The position numbers and the translations under genes are program-made. A model generated the notes under the pieces. It saw only the letters and a program-made list of their open reading frames with translations, ran no database searches and was not told the origin of the DNA. Positions 38,852 to 50,815 of a stretch of 64,000 bases of DNA are shown here, one piece after another. Source of the stretch: Mobula hypostoma (Eukaryota); the NCBI RefSeq assembly GCF_963921235.1, contig NC_086097.1, positions 243,042,001 to 243,106,000 of the forward strand, read 5' to 3'. How positions within the stretch are numbered: the first letter of the stretch is position 1; each line of letters starts with the position of its first letter.

Positions 38852-39709
38852 TGTTACATGCTCAAGGAGAATGCTGTAATGGTCTTTTGGAGGTCACCTG
38901 ATGTGATTTTCCCACCGTTGTGAGGTCACGTAATGACATGTGCCCTGTGACTATATAAGGGTCGACTCAGGTGACGCAGTGGGTTTTTGAGTTTGTAGAT
39001 TTCCAGGTAGAACGTGTTGTGCCTCCGTTTCTGTTGCGTGTTTGTTTTTTTGTGATGCAGTTTCATTTTTAAAATGGAAGGTGTGTTCTCTTACAAGATT
39101 TGTATTATTGAACTGGAAATTTGTGGCTGGAAGTGCCAATTCACTCATTTCCAACAGTTTTGACGGGAGAGTGAAGAATTCATCAAAGTGAAGGATTGAG
39201 AGAAGTCGGCATCGTTTGGCAGTTTAATAAAGGATCGACCTTATTGAGTCTTCGTTGAAGAGAACCTGCATTGAGATAACTCTTGTAAAAGCGCAATGAG
39301 TTCATGCAAAAAGGCTCTCTCTCTAAAAGGAATTTAAGGTCAGTTGATTTAAACTGTTCATTTTCGGCATCGGGAATCCTGTGGACAGAACCGGCAGTAA
39401 AGGGCATCAGTGAAGAAATCTTTCTCCAGAGAAGTCTCTCCCAATTGAAGGCGTAAAACTGTTGGACTTTCAAAGTTATCACTTTAAGAACTATATCTGA
39501 CTGTATCGCTTTAAGAACTGTTTTCAGCATTTAACGCTTTAAGAACCAGAGCTGAGTGGAGTTGATGAACGGCTGCGTACCTGTTTAACCTCCGGTTAAA
39601 GTTTTCCTTTGTTTTTTTTTCCCTTATTGTTTATACATGTTCAATAAATGTTTGGTTGTTTTCATAAAACCTGTCTCAATTAATATTCACTGTTGCCGGT
39701 TACGTAACA
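38852..39709 (+). repeat. 5' LTR (858 bp)
   Basis: Direct repeat of 43185-44058; contains tatataa and aataaa. Confidence 0.95.
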
Positions 39710-39717
39710 TAATTTTG

Positions 39718-39735
39718 TGGTGGCTCATCCGGGAT
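39718..39735 (+). other. primer-binding site, tRNA-Pro type
   Basis: TGGTGGCTCATCCGGGAT matches the canonical TGGGGGCTCGTCCGGGAT at 16/18, 8 nt after the LTR. Confidence 0.8.
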
Positions 39736-39844
39736 ATGTTCCGATTTTGAGTTTAAGTGCTGGTAATTGCCATTTTCATTTGGTAAAAGGGCATACCCGA
39801 TTTTTTTTTTGGTTTGATTTGTGTGTGTGTTGTATTCGGCAACA

Positions 39845-40954
39845 ATGGATATTGACGAGTTTTTGAAGACGCCTGACTCGGGATTTTTAGAGAATGCGAG
39901 AAAACCTGTGGTATTGGAGATTGCTAAGAAGTTGGATATTAAAGGAATTGCAAGAAATTATACCAAGGCTTTCATACAAAGAAAAATTGCTGAACATTAT
40001 ATTAATTTGGAATTGTTTGATCAGCAGGTGTTAGATAAGTTTCCAATGAGTAATCTGGAAATGCAGTTGCATCTTGAACAGTTAAAGTTTGAAAGGTTTA
40101 AAGTGGAAATGAGAGAAAGAAAAGCTGAAAACCAGAGGAAATTTGAGCTAGATATGGAGAAAATAAGGTCTGGGAATCAGTCTTCTGGTTCTACAAAACA
40201 ATTTATTGCTAGTCGTGAGGTTGTTTTGGCTCCTCCATTTAACGAAGCTGATGTGGATGCATATTTTCAGCTTTTCGAAACAGTTGCACTGAGTTTAAAG
40301 TGGCCGAGGGACCAATGGCCAGTGATGTTACAAAGTGTAATTAAAGGCAAGGCACAACAAGTTTATACAGCTTTAAATGCTGAGCAAGCACTAGATTATG
40401 ATATTGTTAAAGAGAATATATTAAAAGCATATGTGATGGTTCCGGAAGCATATAGAGAAAGATTTAGAAGTTTAAAGAAATCGGTGGAAAACGCTTATGT
40501 GGAATTTGCTTATGAGAAATCTATGTGTTTTGAGAGATGGGTTTCCTCTAAAAATGTGAATGGGGAGTATAATAAATTGAAAGAGCTGATTTTGCAGGAG
40601 GAATTTAAAAGAAGCATTCCTGTTGAAGTGAGAACATACTTAAATGAACGGGACACTGCTACATTGCAGAAGATTGCTAAATTGGCTGATGAGTATGTTT
40701 TAATTCACAAGAATAAATTTTCTCCAGGTAAATTTATTAAAAGGAAAACTGGCACAGAGAGTCAAGGTAAATCAGAAATTAAATTTGAAATTAGTGAGAA
40801 AAGTAAGGATGAAGGAAGACATGTGAAGGAAAGACACTTTGGTATTATTTGTAATTATTGTAAGAAACCTGGACATGTAGTGGCTAACTACTTCCACGGA
40901 AAGAGAAAGAAGTGGCCCCAGATGCTTGTGTGCAGCATATTGGAAAACCTGTAA
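39845..40954 (+). pseudogene. gag: gag with SCAN-like capsid domain and zinc knuckle
   Basis: PEAYRERFRSLKK...LKELILQEEFKRSIPVEVRTYL...AKLADEY; CNYCKKPGH; frameshift near 40900. Confidence 0.85.
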
Positions 40955-42867
40955 AACCACAGGGTTTAGAAAATATTAATGAAGATGTGTCAGAGTCTGA
41001 CCAAGTTAAGAAGGGATATGAGGCTTTTATAACAGAAGGATTTGTATCCTTGAAAGAAGGATCCAATGCAGTACCGATAAGGGTACTTAGAGATACTGGA
41101 GCTTCACAATCACTAATATTAGATAGTGTGTTAAGATTTAGTGATGAGTCTGACACTAGTGAGGTAAATTATATAAGAGAATTAGGGAGTGCCCTTATGC
41201 CAGTACACTTACATAGAGTAAATTTAAGGTCAGGATTAGTTACAGGGGTTGTTAAAGCAGGACTACAATCCAATTTACCTGTGAATGATGTTTCTCTTTT
41301 GTTAGGGAATGATTTATCAGGTGGACAAGTTTTTCCTGAAGTGCATTTGACAATAAATTCAAATTCTGAGGAACCACAGAGGGATTCTAACACAGATTCT
41401 TCCTGTGTTGTAACAAGAGCTATGGCTAAAAAGACTGATGTAAAGGATGTGGTTGTTACCCATGACAGTTCAAATCAAGATTCGAATTTTGAGGATGTAT
41501 CAGAAACTTTCTTACCTACCTTATTTGATCAGGATTTTGGTGGTAAGTCTGATCAGGAAGATTTGTCTTTATCTCGGAAGGAGATGATAGCAGAGCAGGG
41601 TAGGGATCCTGAGATAGTTAAATTAAAAGAACAAGTTCTTCCAGATAGTGAAATTGGAAAAGTACCGGTTGGATATTATTTTGAAAAGGGGGTATAAATG
41701 AGAAAGTGGAGATCGTCTACAATTCTTGCTAGTGACGAATGGGAAGTTAATCATCAGGTTGTTGTTCCTAAAAATTACCGAAATGAGATTTTGACTATGG
41801 CTCATAGTATTCCTTTGGGTGGTCATTTAGGGGTAAAGAAAACTATGAAGAAGGTTTCTAAACATTTTTATTGGCCTAGGTTAAGACAAGATGTGGCAAC
41901 ATTTTGTAGAACATGTCATACATGTCAAATTGTTGGTAAACCTAATCAGGTTACTCCAGTGGCTCCACTGCAACCAATTCCTGTATTTGGTGAGCCGTTT
42001 TCAAAAATCATCGTAGACTGTGTAGGCCCTTTGCCAAAAACTAAAACTGGACATCAATATTTATTAACTATTATTTGCACAGCATCTAGGTTTCCAGAGG
42101 CAGTACTTCTTAGGAACATAACAGCCAAAACTGTGACAAAGGCTCTTATAAAATTCTTCACTTATTTTGGGTTGCCTAAGGAAATACAATCAGATCAAGG
42201 AAGTAATTTTATGTCTGGGTTGTTTCAGCAGATAGTTTATAAACTGGGAGCAAAGCAGATTATTTCCTCAGCCTATCATCCAGAATCACAAGGAGCCTTG
42301 GAGAGATTTCATTCTACAGTAAAAACTATGATTAGGACATATTGTGTAGAAAATGAAAAGGATTGGGATGAAGGTATACATTTACTACTTTTTGCAGTCA
42401 GGGAGGCAGTACAGGAATCATTAGGTTTTAGTCCTTTTGAACTTGTGTTTGAACATAGAGTTCAAGGACATTTGGCTTTGTTGAAGGAACAGTGGATTAG
42501 TAAAGAAGTACATACTAGTTTGTTAGATTATGTTCTGAAATTTAAAGACAGATTGTACAAAGCTTGTAGTTTGGCCAAGGAAAATTTAAAGTTAGCTCAA
42601 GAGAAGATGAAGACGTGGTATGATAGGGAAGCTAGGATGAGGTCATTTAAGCCTGGAGATAAGGTGTTGGTTCTTTTCCCAGTGCAAACGAACCCATTAC
42701 AAGCAAAATTCCATGGTCCTTATGAGATTAAATCTAAAGTAAATGAGGTGGATTATGTGGTAAAAACCCCAGATAGGAGAACGACAACACAGCTGTGTCA
42801 TATAAATATGATAAAACCGTATTATGAGAGAGAGTTTGCCACTGTGACTGTTAAGGAAAAGGGTTAA
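40912..42867 (+). pseudogene. pol: aspartic protease + integrase (one in-frame stop at 41695-41697)
   Basis: LRDTGASQS; H...GGHLG...CRTC; IVDCVGP, SDQGSNF, GALERFH; GPY module FHGPYEI. Confidence 0.9.
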
Positions 42868-42894
42868 GGAAATTAAACTCCAATTTAATAATCC

Positions 42895-42981
42895 AGTTTA
42901 ATGTTACAGGAGTACAATATTTTGATCACTCATATCAAGGGTAAAGATAAAGTGATCGCTGACTGTTTGTCTAGATGTTAA
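42895..42981 (+). pseudogene. RNase H C-terminal remnant
   Basis: SLMLQEYNILITHIKGKDKVIADCLSRC*, the typical end of Gypsy RNase H. Confidence 0.8.
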
Positions 42982-43184
42982 ATGTACAATGAAAATATGT
43001 TTTTTTTTGGAGTGGTGTTTTATCATTTGTAACACTCCTACTGTGCATTAGTTTCGAAAGGGCTGAAAGATAAGATTGTATATATTGTGTATTTTGTAAA
43101 TTTTATACCTTTGTATTTTTTTTCTTGTATAAATTGTTAAATTTTTGTTCTTCAAGAGACCAAAATTTTTTTTTTGGAGGGAGG

Positions 43185-44058
43185 TGTTACATGCTCAAGG
43201 AGATCTGTTTTTTTGTGAGAATGCTGTAATGGTCTTTTGGAGGTCACCTGATGTGATTTTCCCGCCGTTGTGAGGTCACATGATGACATGTGCCCTGTGA
43301 CTATATAAGGGTTGACTCAGGTGACGCAGTGGGTTTTTGAGTTTGTAGATTTCCAGGTAGAACGTGTTGTGCCTCGGTTTCTGTTGCGTGTTTGTTTTTG
43401 TGACGTAGTTTCATTCTTAAAATGGAAGGTGTGTTCTCTTACAAGATTTGTATTATTGAACTGGAAATTTGTGGCTGGAAGTGCCAATTCACTCATTTCC
43501 AACAGTTTTGAAGGGAGAGTGAAGAATTCATCAAAGTGAAGGATTGAGAGAAGTCGGCATCGTTTGGTAGTTTAATAAAGGATCGACCTTATTGAGTCTT
43601 CGTTGGAGAGAACCTGCATTGAGATAACTCTTGTAAAAGCGCAATGAGTTCATGCAAAAAGGCTCTCTCTCTAAAAGGAATTTAAGGTCAGTCGATTTAA
43701 ACTGTTTATTTTCGGCATCGGCAATCCTGTGGACAGAACCGGCAGTAAAGGTGTGTCGGTGAAGAAATCGTTCTCCAGAGAAGTCTCTCCCAATTGAATG
43801 TGTAAAACTGTTGGACTTTCAAAGTTATCGCTTTAAGAACTATATCTGACTGTATCACTTTAAGAACTGTTTTCAGCATTTAACACTTTAAGAACCAGAG
43901 CCGAGTGGAGTTGATGAACGGCTGCATACCTGTTTAACCTCCGGTTAAAGTTTTCCTTTGTTTTTTTTTCCCTTATCGTTTATACGTGTTCAATAAATGT
44001 TTGGTTGTTTTCATAAAACCTGTCTCGATTAATATTCATTGTTGCCAGTTACGTAACA
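43185..44058 (+). repeat. 3' LTR (874 bp)
   Basis: Direct repeat of 38852-39709 with an extra 17 bp near its start. Confidence 0.95.
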
Positions 44059-44110
44059 CATTAAACTCAAGAAATCTACTAAACTGAAACCAAATTCTTA
44101 ATTTACTCTC

Positions 44111-44759
44111 ATGGTGGAGGATTACAAATACCTGGGGATACGAATTGACAATAAACTGGACTGGTCAAAGAACACTGAGGCTGTCTACAAGAAGGGTCAG
44201 AGCCATCTCTATTTCCTGAGGAGACAGAGGTCCTTTAACATCTGCCGGATGATGCTGAGGATGTTCTATGAGTCTGTGGTAGCCAGTGCAATCATGTTTT
44301 CTGTTGTGTGCTGGGGCAGCAGGCTGCGGGTAGCAGACAGCAGCAGAATCAACAAACTCATTCGTAAGGCCAGTGATGTTGTGGGGATGGAACTGGATTC
44401 TCTGACGGTGGTGTCTGAAAAGCGGATGCTGTCTAAGTTGCATGCCATCTTGGACAATGTCTCCCATCCACTACATAATGTACTGGTTGGGCACAGGAGT
44501 ATATTCAGCCAGAGACTCATTCCACCGAGATGCAACACTGAGCGTCATAGGAAGTCATTCCTGCCTGTGGACATCAAACTTTACAACTCCTCCCTTGGAG
44601 GGTCAGACACCCTGAGCCAATAGGCTGGTCCTGGACTTATCTCATAATTTACTGGCATAATTTACAACCACTATTTCACTATTTATGGTTCTATTACTAT
44701 TTATTATTTATGGTGCAACTGTAACGAAAACCAATTTCTCCCAGGATCAATAAAGTATG

Positions 44760-44808
<49 letters not shown>
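44111..44808 (+). mobile_element. Rex1-type LINE, 5'-truncated, with (CTA)16 tail
   Basis: ORF 44111-44623 is nearly identical to the C-terminal part of 5506-6306. Confidence 0.92.
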
Positions 44809-45254
44809 ATGTATGTTTAATAATGGGATTGAGGTCTCGACTACTAATCTTAGAAAGCAAAAAAGTATGAGGAGCTCCCAGTAAAGAGGCCAAAGAATAC
44901 CCTTTCACTGAGTTTTTCCCCAAATCCACCCATAAAGGACATTCATGTATGTCTGAATAATAAATCCAAAATGAAATATATCGAATATTAATTGCCCAGT
45001 AATACATTCTAAAATTTGGCAAAGCCATACCACCATGCTTTTTAAATTTCTGCAATAGAGGTTTACCCAATCTAAGATTTTTATTATTCCAAATATAAGA
45101 TAAAATTTTAGAGTCTATTCCATCAAAAGACAGTTTAGGAACAAAGGAAGGGATTACTTGAAATACATATAAGAACTGCAGTAGCGCTATCATTTTAATA
45201 GCATTAGTTCGACCAATTAATGATAATGTCATAGGAGACCATTTAGAACACTGT

Positions 45255-45795
45255 TGGTGGACCTCGAAGGGCAGCTGAAGTTCCCCAACCATATTGCAGC
45301 CACCACCCTGCGACCAGACATTGTCCTAGTGTCTGAGTCTACTAAGCAAGTGGTGCTGCTGGAGCTGACAGTCCCATGGAAAGATAGCTTGGAAGAGACC
45401 TTTGAAAGAAGCTCTCCAAGTACGCAGGACTGGTCAGCATCTGTCAGCAGGCTGGATGGAGAGCAAGGTGTCTCCCAGTGGAGGTTGGTTGTAGGGGATT
45501 CATAGCCCGTTCTTTAGTTAGAGCCTTCAGCATTTTGGGCATCGAGGGAGAGAGGAAGAGGAGAGCCATCCGCAGTACCACCGATGCGACAGAGAGGGCC
45601 TCAAGATGGCTGTGGCTCAAAAGAGGGGAGCCATGGAGTCATAAGTAGCTAGCCATCTGGACACAAGCTGGGGTCTGATCAGCCCCGGCTGGGTCACCTG
45701 GAGGAGGTTGTATGATGTTGAAAGACCCGAAACACCCGATGATTCCAGGAACATCACTGAAGATGTGTCCAGAAGCATCAATAGATGTATGTACA
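45255..45795 (+). mobile_element. 3' end of an RLE-type non-LTR retrotransposon (HERO/NeSL-like)
   Basis: VDLEGQLKFPNHIAATTLRPDIVLVSESTKQVVLLELTVPW (restriction-like endonuclease motif), ending ..ASRWLWLKR. Confidence 0.8.
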
Positions 45796-46607
45796 CAGAA
45801 AGTATTTGTTGCATGTATTCAATTAATGGAAGAAAGTTATAGTTATACAGGTCCTTAAAATTTTTGGTATTTTAATACCAAGATAAGTAAAGTTATTTTT
45901 AGCAATGCTATAAGGAATTTGATCATATTAATAGGAAATAATTCACTTTTGTGCAAATTTAATTTATATCCAGAAAAACTACTAAATGCAGCCGATTCGG
46001 TATTCTATGCCCTTATTCTTTAACTTCAAACCCTTCATGATAAAGGCTACTGTGCCATAAGTAAGAACAGAACTCCCCCAGCTATAGAAGAAGGAGCTAT
46101 CTAAAGAGTGGATTAAGCTCTGTGTCTGAGGGCTCCGTGATGTTTCTGCTCGGCTCTGCGCTGAACTGAGGCTCTGGCTGCTCCAGGCTTCAAGTCTATG
46201 GACTCACCTGAGTTTTGAATGTTATGTGCCTACTTTTATTGTTTGCATGATTTTTTTTGTTCTTTTTTCCTCTCTGCACATTTGGTGTTTGACAGTCTTC
46301 TTTTTTAAATGTGATTTTTTGTATTTCTTTGTTTTGTGGCTTCCTGTAAGGAGACGCATCTCAAGGTTGTGTAATGTATACATTGATAATAAATGTACTT
46401 TGAACTTTGGATGCAAGAACGATGGGCGGTGGCTTTGAGGATAATTCCAGCGATTGGAGGGACCTGGATGGGTGCAGGATGCAAATTCCCAGAAAGGGGG
46501 CTACAGATACCCTCCAGTGCTTTAGCTGGTTGCTGTCAGCAGGCACGGGGAATCTCTACAAGAACTAATACACGCATGGACTGTGAATGCTGGCACATTA
46601 AGGAAGA

Positions 46608-46624
46608 CAGCACCCCCTGCTGGC
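46608..46624 (-). promoter_or_regulatory. candidate CTCF-binding motif
   Basis: Minus strand GCCAGCAGGGGGTGCTG, in a stretch with no recognisable repeat. Confidence 0.45.
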
Positions 46625-49051
46625 AGAACCAAAGTAGATGCTATCTTCACGCACACAATGCTGGAGGAACTCAGCAGGTCAGACAGCTCCTATGAGGGAA
46701 TAAACAGTGGATGTTTTGGGCTGAGACTCTTCATCAGGACTGGAAAACATGGGGGAAGAAGCCAGAATAAAAAGAAATGGGGAGGGGAAGGAGTACAAGC
46801 TGGCAGGTGATAGGGGAGACTAAATGAATTAGAATCAGAACCAGGCTTAATATCACCAGAATATGCCATGTAATTTGTTGTTATGCGGCAGTGGTACATT
46901 GTAATACTTAATAATAAAAACTGTAAATTACAGTAATAAAATATATATACACACACAATTAAATTATCTAAGTAGTACGAGAAAAGCAAAAACTGTAGTG
47001 AGGTGTTTCTCAAGGGTTTAATGTCCATTCAGAATTCTGATGGCAGCGTGGAAGAAGCTGTTCCTGAATTGTTGAGTGTGTGCCTTCAGGTGAGGTGGGG
47101 CTGTATCATGGGTGGTTTTGGGGAGGGAGGATGAAAGGAGAAGCTGGGAGATGATTGGTAGAAGAAATAAAGGGCTGAAGAAGAAGGAATCTGATAGGAG
47201 AGGAGAGTGAACCATGGGAGAAAGGGAATGAGGAGGGGCACCGGGAGAGGGGATGGGTAGGAGAGGAGAAGAGAAGGGATATCCTCCGACCTGACAGCAT
47301 GAACATTGATTTCTTTAACTTCTGCTAATTTCTCCTCCCCTTCCTCTTCTCTCTTTTTCTATTCCCTATCCTGGCTCCATCTTATCCCTCCCGTTCTCTC
47401 CTGAAACATACAAAAATGTCTCATGGTCATTTTGTTTGGAACTTAGAACGTAGAAATGTAGAGCAACGAACACACACTTTGGCCCACAGTCCAACCCTTT
47501 AACCTACTCCAAGATCAATCTAACCCTTCTCTCCATTTTTACCCACCATTTTGCTATCATCCATGTGCCTATCTAAGAGTTTCTTAAATGTCCTTACTGT
47601 ATCTGCCTCTCCCACCACCCCTGGCAGTGAATTCCATGTGCCCACCACTGTCTCCATAAAAAACCTACCTCTATTGCCCCCTATACTTTCCTCCAATCAC
47701 TTTGGCCCCTCCTGAGTTCAGGTGTAGCCTGTATTTATTTGCAGGTCATAGTTTCCCTGGAAGAGATTCCAATGATCCACAAAACTGAAAGCTTGCCCCC
47801 AGCACCAATTCCTCAGCCACACATTAATCTGCCAAATGATCCTATTCACTGTCACTGGCACGTGGCACAGGCAGCCATCCGGTGATCACTGCTCTTGGGG
47901 TCATGGTTTTCAGGTTCCTATCTGGCTCCCTCATCCATTTTCCTAGCTATGTAGTTGGTATCAATGTGTACCACGTCTTCTGGTTGTTCTCCCTCCCCCT
48001 TAAGAATGCAGACATTATCTCCTGAAAGGCCTCCTGCTGTGAGCTGGGAGCATTGCTGTGTTTGTTTACGTAGTTAACTTTGTATTTTCAAAATGTGCTG
48101 AAGAAGGGTCTTGGCCCAAAACGTCAACTGTTTACTCTTTTTCATAGGTGCTGCCTGACCTGCTGAGTTCCTCCAGCATTTTGTGTGTGTTGCTTCAAAA
48201 TAGGTTATTGTTTTTAGTCTACACTGAACAGATTTTTTTGAAAAACTGATTCTCGTTTGTATTAATACCTGCTGTACACAGAATTCTTGAATGACATTCT
48301 ATGTCTTGATAGGTATAATAGGACTAATGGCTTCTGCCTTTGCTGAGATTCATTATGAGGTGCTGAAGACATTTTCAAAGGACAAAATCTTTTAAAACCT
48401 GCTTGCTTCAAAGGTCTTGGAGATAGAGTGTGAATATACAGTACATGATATTGGTACTGTTTTATTATTCTTATCTCATGTACCAAGATAGATTGAAAAG
48501 CTTGTTTTGCATGCTGTCCATACAGATCAAATCATTACACAGTGAACTACTTTCTGCCCATTACACTGCTGGTGTTTAGGGCAGCAATGAAGGTCTTCCA
48601 TCTTCATCTGTCCAGCGGTGTACAGGGCTTCCTTCATCATGCCAGTAGCTTCCTCTTGGTTTTCACTACTGTCAGTCATGCAAGTCCCGGGCGGAGACTC
48701 AGGAATACCGTCACACTCTGATGTAGAAGGATTCTTCATTGTTGTTTCCTTAACAGCTTTGTTTGACCAGTCACGGTTGTTAGCCCTGAGCTGAACCTCC
48801 GAACCTGGAGGACTGGTGGACCACTCTTATCACATGAGAGGTCTGTTCAAGAGTTTAATAACAGTGAGCTAGAAGCTGTCCTTGAGCCTGGTGATTCGTG
48901 CTTTTAGGCTTTTGTAGGGCTTGGAGAGTTACAGGCCGAACACGGGCAACTGATATGAGCCGTGAGGATGCTAGTCTGTGGTTGGCACAGAGCAGGTGGG
49001 CCAAAAGGCCTGTTTCCGTGCTGTCATAATCATGATTGTGAGCTCTGTACA

Positions 49052-49330
49052 ATGGCACGGTAGCATGGCTTGACACTTTATAGCACTATCTGTAACCTCA
49101 GGGTTCTATTCTCGCCGGGCTCTGCATGGAGTGTGTCTATTCTCCCCATGACCACGTATGTTTCTTCCAGGTGCTCCGGTTTCCCACCCACAGACCACTG
49201 AGTTAGGATTAGTAAGTTGTGGGTATGCTATGCTGGCACTGAAAGTGTGGCAACACCTACAGGCTGCCCCCAGCACATTCTCAACACAAGAGACACATTT
49301 CACTTCATGTCTCGCTGAACATGAGACAAA
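49052..49330 (+). mobile_element. V-SINE-like SINE
   Basis: Head ggcacggtagcat; core ttccaggtgctccggtttccca. Confidence 0.65.
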
Positions 49331-49565
49331 GAAAGCTTTTGTATTTCTTTCTATATTGAAATAGGTGTAATACTGACCTGTACCACTTGCTGGCAGTAGA
49401 GTGCTGGAAATAATTTGTTTCCTGAATACAGAACTGCACAGATGGTAGAAAAGTGAAGATCTCTAGATATAGAAAATTTGAGATGAAATCAGAGAAGTTT
49501 AGAAGCTGGAAGTCTGAAATAAACAGAAAACCCATCCTGAAGAAACTCAGTTCTTTGCTTTAGAG

Positions 49566-49608
49566 CTGGGGTTCCCAAACTGGGGTCCATGGATCCCTTG
49601 CTTAATGG

Positions 49609-49643
<35 letters not shown>

Positions 49644-49860
49644 TTATCTATTTATTGATGTACAATGCAGAATAGGCCCTTCTGGCCCTTTGAGCTGTGT
49701 TTCTCAGCAACCCCCAATTTAAACCCTAGCCTATCCACAGGACAGTTTACAATGACCAATTAACCTATCACGTGGTATGTCTTTGGACTGTGGGACCCGG
49801 AGCACTCGGAGGAAGCCCTCACAGGTTGGCCCACAGCATAAAAAAGGTTTGGAATCCCTT
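49566..49860. mobile_element. hAT-like MITE (family of 16864) interrupted by a SINE fragment with a (TCTA)n tract
   Basis: ctggggttcccaaactgggg...aatggta [insert ~49609-49825] ttggcccacagcataaaaaaggtttggaatccct; flanks ctttagag and ctctggag. Confidence 0.55.
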
Positions 49861-50037
49861 CTCTGGAGGAACTTTCAATTGTCTTCTTGGCCTTGTGTGC
49901 TCTCTTTGGTTTCTGCTTTTCTTCTTGTCTTTGATAAGGTGTTGAGTGAAACTCATCCCCACAGACACATCTCTTTCCCTGAATGTCTCTGGCTCCAACA
50001 GATTCCAAGGTTCCTTACTTTGCAGAATATTTGCTGA

Positions 50038-50274
50038 TGTTGCATATTTAATGTATCAGTTATATTTGACTAATCTCATATCTATATTGGTTGATTAAGC
50101 ATTCATGTCCATTTAAGTAATCTGTTATGGGTTGTATGTATAAATAGGTGAATTGCATAAATCATCGCGCTACCAGGTGATACATGCGTGGAAACTCGAA
50201 GTTAGACTCGCATTCCCAGGCTCTTGTGTCTTCCTTTGAATTAGTTTAATGTTTTGAAGTTACAAAACACAACG
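50038..50274 (+). mobile_element. probable solo LTR
   Basis: ~237 bp bounded by tgttg...caacg; no clear TSD. Confidence 0.45.
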
Positions 50275-50815
50275 GTTATTATGTTCAGATAATAAAATAA
50301 TGGTCTCCTCAGCATCCAGAACATCCTCAAGAGGCAATGCCTCAAATGGCGGCATCCATCATGAAAGACCCTCCTCACCCAGGACATGCCCTCTTCTCAT
50401 TACGTCGAAGGAACGTGTCTACGCAGCTACAAGGAAGGCACGACGGTGGCTGTATTTCATTAAGAGTGTCAGGAGATTTGGCATGTCACCAAAGACTCCC
50501 ACAATTTCCACAGAATGGCTGCATCACCGTCTGGTATGAGGGTGGGGAGCACAGGATTAAAGTAAACTGCAGAGAGTTATAAACTTAGTCAGCTCCATCA
50601 CACACACTAGACTCTGTAGTATCAAAGGGGTCTTCAAGGAGTGATGCCTCAGAGAGACAGCGCACATCTTTACAGATCCCCATCAGCCAGCACATGCCCT
50701 CTTCTCATTGTTGCCATCAGGAAAGAGGTACAGAAGCCAGAAAACACATGCTCAGCAATTCAGGGACAGCTTCTTCCCCTCTGCCATCAGATTTCTAAAT
50801 GGACATTGAACACAC

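Larger units (their letters stand above)
38852..44058 (+). mobile_element. Gmr1-type Ty3/Gypsy LTR retrotransposon lacking RT
   Basis: Paired LTRs TGTTAC...GTAACA; CATT TSD (38848-38851, 44059-44062); PBS; PPT ggagggagg at 43176-43184; order gag-PR-IN-(RH remnant). Confidence 0.95.
38750..46060 (-). mobile_element. old L1 RT fragment interrupted by Gypsy, Rex1 and HERO-like insertions
   Basis: Pieces at ~38750-38851, 44059-44102, 44808-45250 (KWSPMTLSLIGRTNAIKM...GGMALPNFRMYYWA) and ~45797-46060. Confidence 0.75.

Noticed and set aside
39821..42867. Domesticated host SCAN or integrase gene
   Set aside because: It lies between paired LTRs with a TSD and carries a frameshift and a stop codon.
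44747..45292. ORF ending in poly-valine
   Set aside because: L1 fragment running into the reverse complement of the Rex1 (CTA)n tail.
45705..45770. Hammerhead-like motif in the HERO-like 3' UTR (tatgatg...ccgaaacac)
   Set aside because: The CUGANGA core and stems are not satisfied.
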